In this document: piece after piece, positions 26,318 to 39,568 of the stretch
Numbering within the stretch: position 1 is the stretch's first letter
Layout: each line of letters opens with the position of its first letter
From: Octopus vulgaris
Lineage: Eukaryota
Assembly: GCA_951406725.2 (NCBI GenBank)
Contig: OX597829.1
Span: forward strand, 51,398,001-51,462,000
Length of the DNA stretch: 64,000 nt
Direction of reading: 5' to 3'
Made by a program: the position numbers and the translations under genes
Notes under the pieces: model-generated
Databases searched by the model: none
Seen by the model: only the letters and a program-made list of their open reading frames with translations
Told to the model about the DNA's origin: nothing

Positions 26318-26939
26318 CTGTTGAAGAGGACGACGACGTCGGCGGAGGAGGAAGAGGAGGCGAAGAATGGTTCAGGACATCAGAGAAGGCGACAGCAGGT
26401 GCAGCATCAGCAATAAATGGAAAGAAATTAAAAAAAAAAAAAAACATAAATAAAGCTAATTAAGTAAACAGACGAATTAAGAGTAAGACGTAACAAAAAA
26501 AAGTACAAAAGCAGACATGTCTACATACATGGAACCACATTGCACGTCTAAATATGTGTGTGTATGTAATAAAAGATATATACTCAGAGAGAGAGAGAGA
26601 GAGTGTGTGTGTGTGAGAGAGAGAGAGTGAGAGAGAGAGTGAGAGAGAGGAAGGCAGCAAAGCAAAGAAGATGAAAAAAACAACAAAAAAAAAGACACAC
26701 GGTTGCACTCACCATTTCATATTATGACATTTGAAGTCTTATTCAATATGCTAATGGACAAAGTATATATATATATATATATATATAGGTAGACGAAAAT
26801 AAAATGCAATAGAAAACAATTTATAAACACGAGACTACGTAAATTACCCCCATCACAACCCAAAAGGCGGACTACGAAACTAAGGAAAATTTAGTTTGAG
26901 GTGGTAGCTCTGCTTCCAATATTACGGATGCTTTTATAC

Positions 26940-26950
26940 ATTATATATAT

Positions 26951-26994
<44 letters not shown>

Positions 26995-27012
26995 CATTCT
27001 GGTATATATGTA

Positions 27013-27079
<67 letters not shown>

Positions 27080-27087
27080 CATTCTGG

Positions 27088-27152
<65 letters not shown>

Positions 27153-27154
27153 AC

Positions 27155-27204
<50 letters not shown>

Positions 27205-27215
27205 ATATAAATATA

Positions 27216-27276
<61 letters not shown>

Positions 27277-27460
27277 CATTCTGGTATATATGTATGTGCG
27301 TGTATATATATGTATGTGCGTATATATACATACAAATGCGTATGATTTTTTCTTGCTGCGCGCTTACGCACAAACGCGCGCACGCACACACACACACACA
27401 CACACACATACACACACGCACAGGCACAGACATACATACAGACACGCACGCACACACGCT
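26940..27460. repeat. Compound (TA)n/(TG)n/(CA)n microsatellite with three ATTGCATTCTGG units
   Basis: Directly visible. Confidence 0.95.
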
Positions 27461-27841
27461 CAGAAATGTGCAGTGACACAAATGGGGGGGGGGGGGGACA
27501 AATCGTTTTCCACACAGAAAGGAAACCGAAAATAAAATCTCGAAAACAAAACAAAACAAAAAATTGTAAGGAAAGAAGAAGAAGAAGAAGAAGAAGCAGC
27601 AGCGCAAAGAGACCAACAACTAACTTCTCCCACCACTACAATAAGAACAACAAATGCTCTCCACCCCCAACCCCACCCACACACCCTCGTGCCTGTTTGC
27701 AATTCAACTTGTCGTCCCTTCTTCAAGTCACTTACAAGTCCACACAAGCGCAAATCATTCTCGAACCCGAGGGACTGCCCACAACTATATATATATATAT
27801 ATATATATAAAGTAATGTTATATATATATATATATATATAT

Positions 27842-27963
27842 ATTTATTATATAGAAGGAGCTTCTACAGGACTAGAACTGTTTCATTCAAGAGAAATCTT
27901 CATGAAGATTTCTCTTGAATGAAACAGTTCTAGTCCTGTAGAAGCTCCTTCTATATAATAAAT
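27842..27963. repeat. Perfect 122-bp palindrome (no spacer)
   Basis: Centre TTCA|TGAA between 27902 and 27903; arms are exact reverse complements. Confidence 0.95.
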
Positions 27964-28029
27964 TAATTTTACTCTGCTATGTATTGAGTACCTTATTTAC
28001 TGTGGTTAACCCCGAATCAACCCGGGACC

Positions 28030-28099
<70 letters not shown>

Positions 28100-28143
28100 G
28101 TAAAGTAAATTATTTTACTGAACCCTAATTATATAAAGTAATG

Positions 28144-28189
<46 letters not shown>

Positions 28190-28260
28190 TCGGGGTGAGC
28201 ACTTGATAATTGTAAGCACCTGTATATACCGTTTGGTGGTGTAGGTGGAGGAGTAAATTG

Positions 28261-28295
<35 letters not shown>

Positions 28296-28421
28296 CATTA
28301 CTTTATATAATTAGGGGTTCAGTAAAAAATAATTTACTTTTACCACACACTGAAACTTTTAGAAATAGCAGCCAAAAATTTTTTAGCTATTTCCTCTACT
28401 ATAAGAAAAGTCTCCCAGACA

Positions 28422-28732
28422 TGTGTATATATATATATATATATACACACACATACATACATACATAAGTACATACATATATACGTACATAAGTACATAC
28501 ATACATACATACATACACAAACACACACATGTACATACATACTTGTACATACATACATGCATGCGTACATGTATGCATACATACACACATACATGAAGGC
28601 ATGCATACATACATAAATACATACATACATCATACATACATACATACACACATACATACATACATACATATATGCATACATACATGCATACATACATACA
28701 CACACAGACACATACATACATACATACATACA
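28422..28732. repeat. (TACA)n degenerate microsatellite
   Basis: Directly visible. Confidence 0.95.
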
Positions 28733-29087
28733 AGCTTTTACTTGTTCTGTTCACTGGACTGCAGCCATGCTGAAGCACTTGCCTCGAAGGGTTTAGTCGA
28801 ACAAATTGACTCTAGTACTTGATTTTTTTTTTTCAAGTGTAGTATTTATTCACTAGGTCACTTATGCCAAACCGTTACGTTACGATGGGGTGGCGATTTC
28901 AATACAAACGCAACAATACACACACACACACACACACACACGTATATGCATGCATACACGAGCGACAGGCTGCTTTCATTTACCATCTACCAAATCCACA
29001 AACAAGGATTTAGTCGACCCGAGCCTATAAGCAGATGACACCCACCCAAGGGGCGGCACAGTGACTCCTAAGGCTGGGAAGTAAACT

Positions 29088-29138
<51 letters not shown>

Positions 29139-29962
29139 ATATATATATGGGAAGTAAACTTTTCATATATATATAATTATCAATAATAAAGGGTGAAATG
29201 AATTAATTTAGAAATAATCATCAATTTCACCAAGTAGAGTTCGGCATGTAAAAGCCTCATTCAAGGAAGATTTAAGTAATACTAAGTAATTACTTATATA
29301 TATATATATATATAATTATCAATAATAAAATCAATAATAAAGGGTGAAATTAATTAATTTAGAAATAATCATCAATTTCACCAAGTAGAGTTCGACATGT
29401 AAAAGCCCCATTCAAGGAAGGTTTAAGTAATACTAAGTAATTACTTAATTGCTTAGTATATACATATATATATATATATACAATTACACACATAGAACCA
29501 AAACAAAACGGTGACAAGTAAACCCGCACAAACTATACGTAATACACGAGCTGTCACTGGTCTTATGTCACCCACCCCGCTGACTTTGTTTACACACAAA
29601 ACTTTTTTTAAATTATATTTTTTGGGGGTAGATGAAATTTTGCACAGAAATACCCTTTTCGAGAGTATATATTACGTAATGTTTACTGCTTCGAATATAA
29701 ATGTGAAAAGACGAAACATAGTGAAAAACTGCGCCAGTTTACGGAAATTGTTCCGAAACAAGGTCGATGAAGAAAGAAAAAGAAGAATGAATAGAAGAAA
29801 CTCCACCCAAAAAAAAAAAAAAAAAATTTGTTAGTAAATTTAATCAACGTAATCGTATTCTCCCCCCCTCGAAGACATACCTGTGCAATATTTCATTAAG
29901 CAAAAAAAAGAAAAAAAAAAAATCCCACACATTTTTTCTGAAAGTTACGAAAAAGCATAATA

Positions 29963-30103
29963 TTAGGTTGTCCCAAAAGTTCGTAAACACTTGCGAAAAT
30001 TGAATTTTTACTCGCCAAGTACTAACAAAAACAACAAAAATTATTCCTCAAAATAAAGACCATTATTTTCCAAGACTTTCTACGAACTTTTGGGACAACC
30101 TTA
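29963..30103. mobile_element. Tc1/mariner MITE
   Basis: TIR T(T/A)AGGTTGTCCCAAAAGTTCGTA with a TA TSD. Confidence 0.85.
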
Positions 30104-30451
30104 TAGAAGTGAGAGAGGACGGGGAAGAAGAGCAAGCTATAGTTTCTAAGTAAACCTTATGTGTGTGTGATACATATATATCCTCATTAGCGATGTGTAA
30201 TACAATTTAGCTGTTGCCCATATTTGCAATAAACGTATTTAGTGAAAGGGAAAAAAAAGTCAAAAATATTTGATTGCGTTTGAGAATGATTTCAAAGATC
30301 TGACAAAAAGAAAAATATAATTATACACACACACACACACACACACATGCACGCACACGCATACACACACACACACACACACGCACTTAATGACCGGCAG
30401 AAGTTATAGAATAACTCAAGGGCCGAGAGTTTCGTGTTTTAGTACTTATCT

Positions 30452-30682
30452 TATTTCTTTATTGCCCACAAGGGGCTAAACATAGAAGGGACAAATAAGG
30501 ACAGGCAAATGAATTAAGTCGATTACATCGACCCCAGTGCGTAACTGGTACTTAATTTATCGACCCCGAAAGGATGAAAAGGTAAAGTCGACCTCGGCGG
30601 AATTTGAACTCAGAACGTAGCGTTAAACGGAATATCGATAAGCATTTCGCCCGGCGTGCTAACGTTTCTGCCAGCTCGCCGT
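30452..30682 (-). mobile_element. SINE family B
   Basis: Full length; TSD-like TTTAGTAC(T/G)TATC on both sides. Confidence 0.9.
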
Positions 30683-31198
30683 CTTTAGTACGTATCAACG
30701 AACGAAATTCTCTAGCCTTTTAGTTACTTAGAATGAGGAACTGGACAAAGAGGTAAAATCCGTGGGACGGAACAGTCAAGGTAGATGTAGCAGGTGTAAG
30801 GGGGTCTACTCGAGAACAATTAATGCGTGCTGACGGACCCGCAGAACCTGTGGAAGTTGCATAAGTACGTAGAAGATTATGACTGCGAGTGGTGGGTTAA
30901 AAAAATTGGCCTTCACGGCCAATTTCATAAAATAAAGAAGCTTGCTTCCCAATCAAATGGATCCGTGTTCAATCCCACTGTGTGGCACCTTGGGCAAATG
31001 TCTACTATAGCCTCGAACCGACCAAACCCTTGTGAGTGGATTTGGTAGAAAGAAGCCCGTCGTGTGTGCATGTGTATGTATATATATATATATACCGGAG
31101 AAAACACATAAATGTGAAACAAGGTGGAAAAAAGAGTACTCAAATACCAGTGGTAGAGTAATATGCTTTATTTAAAGCAGCAGAAAATTCAACAAAAC

Positions 31199-31236
31199 CT
31201 GTTACTCTGAGTTTCCCGTTGCCATTCATCAGACAC
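31199..31236 (-). ncRNA. Hammerhead-like motif in a fold-back element
   Basis: Minus strand gtgt CTGATGA atggcaacgg GAAA CTC a GAG TA acag; stem II is imperfect. Confidence 0.6.
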
Positions 31237-31302
31237 TTTTTGAACGGCAACGAGAAACTCAGAGTAACAGATTTTGTTGAATTTTCTGCTGCTTTAAATA
31301 AA

Positions 31303-31338
<36 letters not shown>

Positions 31339-31764
31339 GCACACACACACACACACAAACATAGGGTGCGAGGGGTAAATTGTCGCACAGTACTCTCGGA
31401 GTGGTTGGCGTTAGGAAGGGCATCCAGCTGTAGAAACTTTGCTTCATCAGATTGGTGCCTGGTACAGATTGCCAGCCCCCAGTCAAACTGTCCAACCCAT
31501 GCCAGCATGGAAAGCAGATGTTAAACGACAATGATGACGGTGATTTTTTTTTTTTTTTTTAAAGAGAGCAATAATAAAAAATATATATATAAAACACTAA
31601 CTATGAGCAAGGAAGAATTTGGAGAGAAGATCGACCAAAAAACGAAACAATTAAAGACTAGATTTTCTGTTTGCCTTGTACTGGCAAGTTGTCATTTAAG
31701 TATCTTTGTAGATGCAATTAAGATATATTTACAATTATACAAATAATTATAAACATATAATTAA

Positions 31765-32163
31765 CTAGCAGTATCGCCCGGCGTTGCTCGGGTTTGTAAG
31801 GGAAATAACTATATAAGCATTTTTAGAGAGTTATAGCCAGAAAATAGCAAAAAAATGCATTAAAAATGGGGAAAAAATGATGGTAAATTTTTTTTTTAAA
31901 TCGTTGACTCATCGTAGACATTTTTAGAGAGTTACTTCCCTTATATAATAGCGAAAAAATGCATTAAAATGGGAAAAAATGATGGTAAATTATTTTTAAA
32001 ATCGTAGACTCATGGTAGACGTGCGCTAATACCCAGAAGGGCTCGATATGAATCACGACTATAAGATACCTGGTTTTGGTTACACTGCACCGCAAAATGT
32101 GGGAGGAGTTAGGAATCTAAATCGTAGGAGACAGACACACAACTTGACTTTTAAATATAAAGA
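31765..32163 (-). mobile_element. Non-autonomous Helitron, same family
   Basis: Reverse-complement homolog with hairpin CCCGAGCAACGCCGGG, TC...CTAG ends and an A|T target. Confidence 0.88.
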
Positions 32164-32384
32164 TATTAGATCTTCTGTAATACATGTAATCAATAAAGTT
32201 TACTTGAACAATGTGATATCAGAGAATGTGAAAAGAGAGAAAATAAAGAGCTTCTAACAATGCACCAAGTTAAAAAAAAAAACCTTTATATTTCAGACAC
32301 AAGGGCCCATCTTTGTAAGAAGAACTGTCTGGAGCCCATTAACCCATTCAAATCCCTAGCATTTTGAAACAGTAGTGGATGGAT

Positions 32385-32767
32385 GGAAGAAATCCGTCGG
32401 TTACGACGACAAGGGTTCCGGTTGATCCGAATCAACGGAACAGCCTGCTCGTGAAATTAACGTGTAAGTGGCTGAGCACTCCACAGACACGTGCACCCTT
32501 AACGTAGTTCTCGGGGATATTCAGCGTGACACAGAGAGTGACAAGGCCGGCCCTTTGAAATACAGGTACAACAGAAACAGGAAGTAAGAGTGAGAGAAAG
32601 TTGTGGTGAAAGAGTACAGCAGGGATCACCACCATCCCCTGCCGGAGCCTCGTGGAGCTTTTAGGTGTTTTCACTCAATAAACACTCACAACGCCCGGTC
32701 TGGGAATCGAAACCGCGATCCTACGACCGCGAGTCTGCTGCCCTAACCACTGGGCCATTGCGCCTCC
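32385..32767 (-). mobile_element. tRNA-derived SINE family D (~380 bp)
   Basis: tRNA-like head GGAGGCGCAATGGCCCAGTGGTTAGGG...GGTTTCGATTCCC; TSD GAAACAGTAGT on both sides. Confidence 0.88.
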
Positions 32768-34837
32768 GAAACAGTAGTACTCAGTTGTTGCAGCAGTTAC
32801 TCTCAGAATGTAGGTGTAATCTCCAGGGATACAAGCATCCAGCAACAGGACTTCCGTAATGCTATTATGGACCGTGAAGTCTGGCGTAACGTAGTAAAAT
32901 CCATTGTCTCGACCACGGTCGAACAATGATGATGATGATGATGTAAACAAAATGAAACAACAAATTATCACCATTTTTTTTTTCCTCACTTAATAAAGCT
33001 GCATAACTTTTTTCTATCTAATATCTTTTAACAAAGTTTTCACCAAAAGATTCTACTCATCAAGTTCTTTTAAAAAGGTATTATTACAATATAGTTTGCT
33101 TTTCAAATACCCGAGATATTTTGAGTGAAAATCAATTTTAAATGTTACAAATTTTCTGGCTACTTAAAGGTGCATAACGTTTTTTCTAATACCTTTTAAC
33201 CCTTTTGTTACCATATTTCTGTTGAGATGTTCTGTGTTTCTTTCAATTAATTTTAAATATAACAAAGAATTTAGTAAAATAACTTAGTATTATCATTAAG
33301 CTAGTGTTAGGAACATAAATTGTGACTAAGGTTTGGTGGAAGATTTAAATTCGAAACTTATGAAAACAAGGCATTTATACTCAGAGCCAGAGCCAGTTTC
33401 AGCCAGGTTGATACCAAAAGGGTTAACAAGGTCTTTACCAAAATATTCTACATGCTGAATTCTTTTAAAAAGTCACAATTAAAGTATAATTTTTCCTTTA
33501 AACAACTGAGAAAATATGAGTCGAAGTAAATATAAGGCATTACTCTCCCACTTTTGGATCTCTATTATTTTTATCATAACATTTTTTCTACTGAACAAAT
33601 TTTGAATATTTTATTCAAAATGCAGCTTACCACTGGTCCATCATAGTGGTAAAAACCGAATTAAGATTGAACTAAAACTGAATTAGTGGTAAAGCATTAA
33701 ATTGGCCGCGAGTAAGTAAAAGTTGACCATAAGAATATTATTCACACACTGCTGTGTGTGGATACGCATGCATCTATCCATGTGTGTGTCCTTGTGTTTG
33801 TGTTCCCCACCCAATCACTAATTGATAACCAGTGTCGGTGCGTTTACGTCCCCATAACTTAGCAGCTCAGTAAAAGAGACCAACAGAACAAGTACTAGGC
33901 TTAAAAAATAAGTTCTGAGAGGTCGATTTGCCTGACTAAAAACCCCTGAAGGTGGTGCTCCAGTATGGCTGAAGTCTAATGGCTGAAACAAGTAAAAGAA
34001 TAAAAGAATATATATATATATATACTTATGCTTTGAGTTTTATTTCCTTTTTGCATCACCAAATCTACACAAACACAAACACACACATACAAACACATTT
34101 CACTTCAGCATAGCAATGCTAAAAACCTGATGTCAGAACTTGAGTGAGCGAGTGGGTGAGAGAGAGTGAGAGTGAGTGAGTGAATGAGAGTCAAATACAC
34201 TCACATATTCTTTTATTATTTTGTCATTTGAGCACAGCCATACTGAGACACGCCTGCAACTATTTCAGTCATATTGGCTCCGGTACTCATTCATTCCGAT
34301 ACTTTATCAATTCCAAATTATCGGACAGCGAGATGAAAAAGGGACACACCACAGTAAAGATGGGTTTCTAGATCAGCATAAGCACATACAAAGGAGTGTA
34401 TATACATCAGGCTTTTTGCACAGTTTCCACCTCTTAGATTCCACAATTCATTTGGGCCAACCTAAGGCTACAGTAGAATACAATTCTCCAAAACATGCAA
34501 ATGAGATTTTTATATCCTTGGTTGCGGATATATGATCTTAACAAGGCAGGAGTAAAGCAATGTATTCACAGACATAACTTCTGACTACCAACATGCAATA
34601 CTCCAATGCTTTCCTTCTGTCTCGACAGGTCCACCTTGTTATCACATAGAGGTGTTGATGTCAATCACCACACCACAATATCTCCCCTTTTGAGATTGAC
34701 TTCCATTAGAAGTGAATAAAAATTTTATTTTTCTTTCACACAGCATCTCCCTTTTAGAGATTTACTTCCCTCAAGCTTAATATTATTTTCATTTTGGAAC
34801 TACCTCTAACAATTCTATTTTCTTTTTCTTGTACTGG

Positions 34838-35340
34838 TACACCTTGGTCTGGTTTACATCCATTTTCATCGATAATCTGCTCCAGATATTTTATTCTTGG
34901 CATAGAAACTTCGAAGATTTTTTTTAATATGCTCAGCATGCTAATCATGAAATTCACTTTTTATGAGTATGTCAGCAGAAAACTTTGGATTTTAAGAATT
35001 TTCCATGAAATGTAACATCACTTCACCCTTAAAACACAATTTTTTTTCCTTACATACCACATGTAATTTTCAAAGATTTTTTCAACCTAGGTTTTCTGAT
35101 TTTTCTCCATGTATCTGCATTAACTATCATGATATCATTGCCCATATCCGATTGTAACCTGATATTCACATTATTCATTTATACAAACACAAATTTTCTT
35201 TTCTGAGCCTCGCTTAGATTTTTTTTGTCAACAATACTTTATATTCAACTTTTTTTTTTCTTTCACTCTACAATGTAAGCTTTTATGTCTAATTTTTTCA
35301 CACTCAAAACATTTTAGATTTTTAAAAGGACAGTGTCCAC
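34838..35340 (-). pseudogene. Degenerate Ty3/Gypsy reverse transcriptase fragment
   Basis: MPRIKYLEQIIDENGCKPD resembles the Gypsy RT thumb motif (F...I.YLG.II...G..PDP); many stops and frameshifts. Confidence 0.6.
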
Positions 35341-35533
35341 TTGTAACTGAGAAAGACCATCACTGACCGATGCCCATGCAAAATGCCAGCAATGCCCGTG
35401 CATTAGATTACTGCACCAGCAGTTGGCTTCACCTGAGTTCCCGTCCACGTTTCCATGTTTGCTGCGGTACCCTCCAACTCGATTGGGCATTGGTTGGACA
35501 GTTCCCTTGCCAGCGATGGCACAACCTAAAATT

Positions 35534-36369
35534 TTAGGTCCAATAAGGTTTGCACAGCACCTCAGACCCTATCCACTCTACTGACATGATGCAGAGAGAA
35601 AACCAGGGCAAGATATTCAGTGCCAATTTGAGCTGCAGGCTCAGGAATGTGGGAGCACCTGCAATGCCATTCCTTTCACACCTAGTTTTATATCAGAGTG
35701 ACCTTCTCCTAGAGACATGCTTTAGAAAAATACTGAGGAGTGCCACACTCCCAGCGGTCTTCCACCATGCCAGACACCAACCCAGAATTTCTGAAGGCTT
35801 GTACTATTTCTAGATACTCATCGAACCTACACTTAGTTCATGCATCACTTTGACAGGTCAGGTTTTTAGTACTAGGCGACCTGACCATCCACGAGACCGC
35901 AAATTACCTTACAAGACATACACTCCAAGACGTGACAATAGTTTAACAAGATGTCTGACCACTAAGTAAGAATTTCTAGGGAGAGCTGAAAAGCAGATCT
36001 TTATTTAGTGAAGAAATCCACCCACCCCCTCATTCATGCATTTCAGCCCTTAACACCTTACAAAGTAAAAGGGCCAGACTGCACCCTGGTCATGATCCCT
36101 AGATATTTCCTCGCTTCCACATTTTGTGCCACTGTCTACATTTTAACCCTCCTGAATGGCTAAGGTGCCCCACTTAAAATAAAAATTAGGTCTAATAAGG
36201 TTTGCACAGCACCTCAGACCCTATCCACTCTACTGACATGATCCAGAGACAAAACCAGGGCAAGATATTCAATGCCAATGTGAGCTGCAGGCTCAGGAAT
36301 GTGAGAGCACCTGCAATGCCATTCCTTTCACACCTGGTTTTATATCAGAGTGACCTTCTCCTAGAGACA
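35534..36369. repeat. 184-bp direct repeat pair (35534-35717, 36186-36369)
   Basis: The two colinear, highly similar copies are directly visible. Confidence 0.85.
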
Positions 36370-37937
36370 GAAACAGAAAGATAGCAGACAATTTAAGAAT
36401 AAAACAATAGATCCAAGAGCGGATAAAATATATACAATCCATAACTGTTTGTTTAATAAAATATATTTTGTCAGACTAACGATTACAGGTTAAATATAGA
36501 GTGTATTTGTATGTGTGCGCACGCATCTTTATTGATTGTAGGACTATGCGTTTAGGCTGAACAAGCCAATGGAGCAAAACTACAAAGCCCTATCGACTGA
36601 ACTCATTTTCAATCAAGGAAGCCTGGTCGCATGACTTAAAAGAAATAGAAGCCATATCATTCGTGCCATACTCTGCTGCCTGGAAAAACACATTAGACAA
36701 TGTAATCCTATAACAGGGTGGATCAGTCACAGCTGAATTACTTCTGATAATTAATAGGCCAGCAAAATTAGGACTGACATCATACATGCATAACAAACAG
36801 ATAACAGTCAACTATTTTGATAAGTTAAAAAAAAAAAACCATACACACATACATACAGGTACAAATAAGATGACTGCATGACTAAGTCCACTTTGCCAAC
36901 ATGTGATCTTGGGTTCAATCTCATGGCACTGAACAACACATCGTGTGTGTGTGTATGCACGTGTACATGCACACACACGTGTATGTACATATGTATATGT
37001 ATGTATGTATGTGTGTGTGTGTGCGCGCGTGTAATTAACACTGAAATATATTTCACTAATTTATTATTAATCAACAAACTAATCAATCATTAATCAATTG
37101 ACTAATGATTAAGGAGTGAAACTGGCCCACCATGTATGTTATTAATATTGACGTAATAACTCTCTGTAGACAAAACAAAATACTTGTATATTTTCTGTCT
37201 TTATTTTTTTTTTCAGTTATTAGACTGTGGCCTAGCTGGAGCACCACCTTGAAGAGTTTTAGTCAAACCTAGTACTTATTTCTATCCATCATTGCCAATC
37301 TGCTAAGTTCCTGGGACACACGAACACCGATTATCAAGCAGTGGTAGTGGTGGTGAGCTGGCAGAAGCGTTAGCACGCCGGGCGAAATGCTTAGCGGTAT
37401 TTCGTCTGCTGTTACGTTGTGAGTTCAAATTCCTTGTTTGTCCCTTCTATGTTTAGCCCCTTGTGGGTAATAGAGAAATAGGTAGTGGTGGTGATGACAG
37501 ACACATACACAAAGACACACACATACACATATACGAAAGGCTTCTTTAAGTTTCTGTCTACCAAATCCACTAATAAGGCTTTGGTCAGCCCAAAGCTATT
37601 ATAGTACAAAATATTTGCCCAAGGTTCTATATAGTGTGGCTGAACCCGGAACCATACAGTGGGGAGCCATTAGCCACTTTGAGTCTTAGCTCATTTTTGT
37701 TTATGATTTACTTAGCTGAAAGCCATAATGCTTTACTTTTTCATAAGTACACACTTTGTTAGAAGGCAGCCACAAACAATAAATCAAAAGGACGTATTTG
37801 GTTACATAAGGCTTCCATTGAAGTTTTTCATTCAAGCATGGTTCAGAAAATACTTCTTAAAACTGTTAGAGCATGCGAAAGTGCCCACAGGGTCATAATC
37901 AAAGGGAAGTACATTAAATAAATGAACACACTACATA

Positions 37938-38093
37938 GGCGCTGGAGTGGCTGTGTGCTAAGTAGCAACCACATGGTTCCGGGTTCAGTCCCACTGCGTG
38001 GCACCTTGGGCAAGTGTCTTCTACTATAGCCTCGGGCTGACCAATGCCTTGTGAGTGGATTTGGTAGACGGAAACTGAAAGAAGCCTGTCGTA

Positions 38094-38152
<59 letters not shown>

Positions 38153-38373
38153 GTGCGTGTGTGTTTGTGTGTCTGTGTTTGTCCCCCTAGCATTGCTTGA
38201 CAACCGATGCTGGTGTCTTTACGTCCCCGTCACTTAGCGGTTCGGCAAAAGAGACCGATAGAATAAGTACTGGGCTTACAATGAATAAGTCCCGGGGTCG
38301 AGTTGCTCGATTAAAGGCGGTGCTCCAGCATGGCTGCAGTCAAATGACTGAAACAAGTAAAAGAGTAAAAGAG
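37938..38373 (+). mobile_element. SINE family A
   Basis: Full-length homology to family A. Confidence 0.9.
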
Positions 38374-38398
38374 TATACCTACATATATACATTATTAC

Positions 38399-38435
<37 letters not shown>

Positions 38436-38660
38436 TAAAACATTTTAATTCGGTTCCTTGCAGCTCAAATTTTCACAGGCTTCTAACAGAAATCTACCTT
38501 GTTCAAGCTTAGATTACCAGTAATCCAACCTGGTTAGGTTTCTGTTAGAAGCCTGCAGAATTTTAAGTTATATGGAGCCAAATAAAACTGTTTTAAATAA
38601 TAACATATGTAACTCCTAGTACCCTTTTCTTTCACTTGTCCACTCTCCCATATATATATA

Positions 38661-39032
38661 CTCTTTTACTTGTTTCAGTCATTTGACTGCAGCCATGCTG
38701 GAGCACCGCCTTTAATCGAGCAACTCGACCCCGGGACTTATTCTTTTGTAAGCCCAGTACTTATTCTATCGGTCTCTTTTGCCGAACTGCTAAGCAACGG
38801 GGACATAAACACACCAGCATCGGTTGTCAAGCAATGCTAGGGGGACAAACACACTCACACATACATATATACGACAGGTTTCTTTCAGTTTCCGTCTACC
38901 AAATCCACTCACAAGGCATTGGTCGGCCCGAGGCTATAGTAGAAGACACTTGCCCAAGGTGCCACGCAGTGGGACTGAACCTGGAACCATGTGGTTGGTA
39001 AACAAGCTACTTACCACACAGCCACTCCTGCG

Positions 39033-39035
<3 letters not shown>
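38661..39035 (-). mobile_element. SINE family A
   Basis: Full-length homology, inverted relative to the 37938 copy. Confidence 0.9.
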
Positions 39036-39072
<37 letters not shown>

Positions 39073-39223
39073 GAGATAGGGGTTGTGAGTGTAACCCTCT
39101 ATGGGATAACATATATCCAATATACTGCCAGTAAAGCACCCAGAAATGCTAAGAATTGCAATGCAATTAATTCATTTATTGTATTATATGGGCGAAGGTA
39201 AAATGTTTTCTCCATTTTCTTAT

Positions 39224-39268
<45 letters not shown>

Positions 39269-39517
39269 AAATGAAGAAAATGCTGACAAATAATTGAAGT
39301 AATTTAAGTAATTTAATTAGGTGAAAGTTCTTTTTACCGGTTGCGCATTTGTTATGCTTATCAAAATATAAAAGAGAGATTAGAGTCTGTCTCTTATATG
39401 TGAAAAAAAGAGGCTCCAGAGTTGTTTTGGATTTGCTTGGTTTCGCGCCTAAAATTTTGATTGGTCATTATGAAGGGGTCACGTGAATGTTTGAATGGAA
39501 GTTGGTGTTGGGGTAAG

Positions 39518-39568
<51 letters not shown>

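Noticed and set aside
26992-27285. CTGGT units as Smaug recognition elements (CNGG loop) for autoregulation
   Set aside because: They lie on the strand opposite the Smaug transcript and have no specific stem.
26891-27619. Long YI/IY-rich ORFs (also at 63130-63887 and 28340-28822)
   Set aside because: These are translations of (TA)n, (CA)n and (TACA)n microsatellites.
32690-32767. tRNA gene
   Set aside because: The tRNA-like head continues into a SINE body with a TSD and has multiple copies; no proper acceptor stem.
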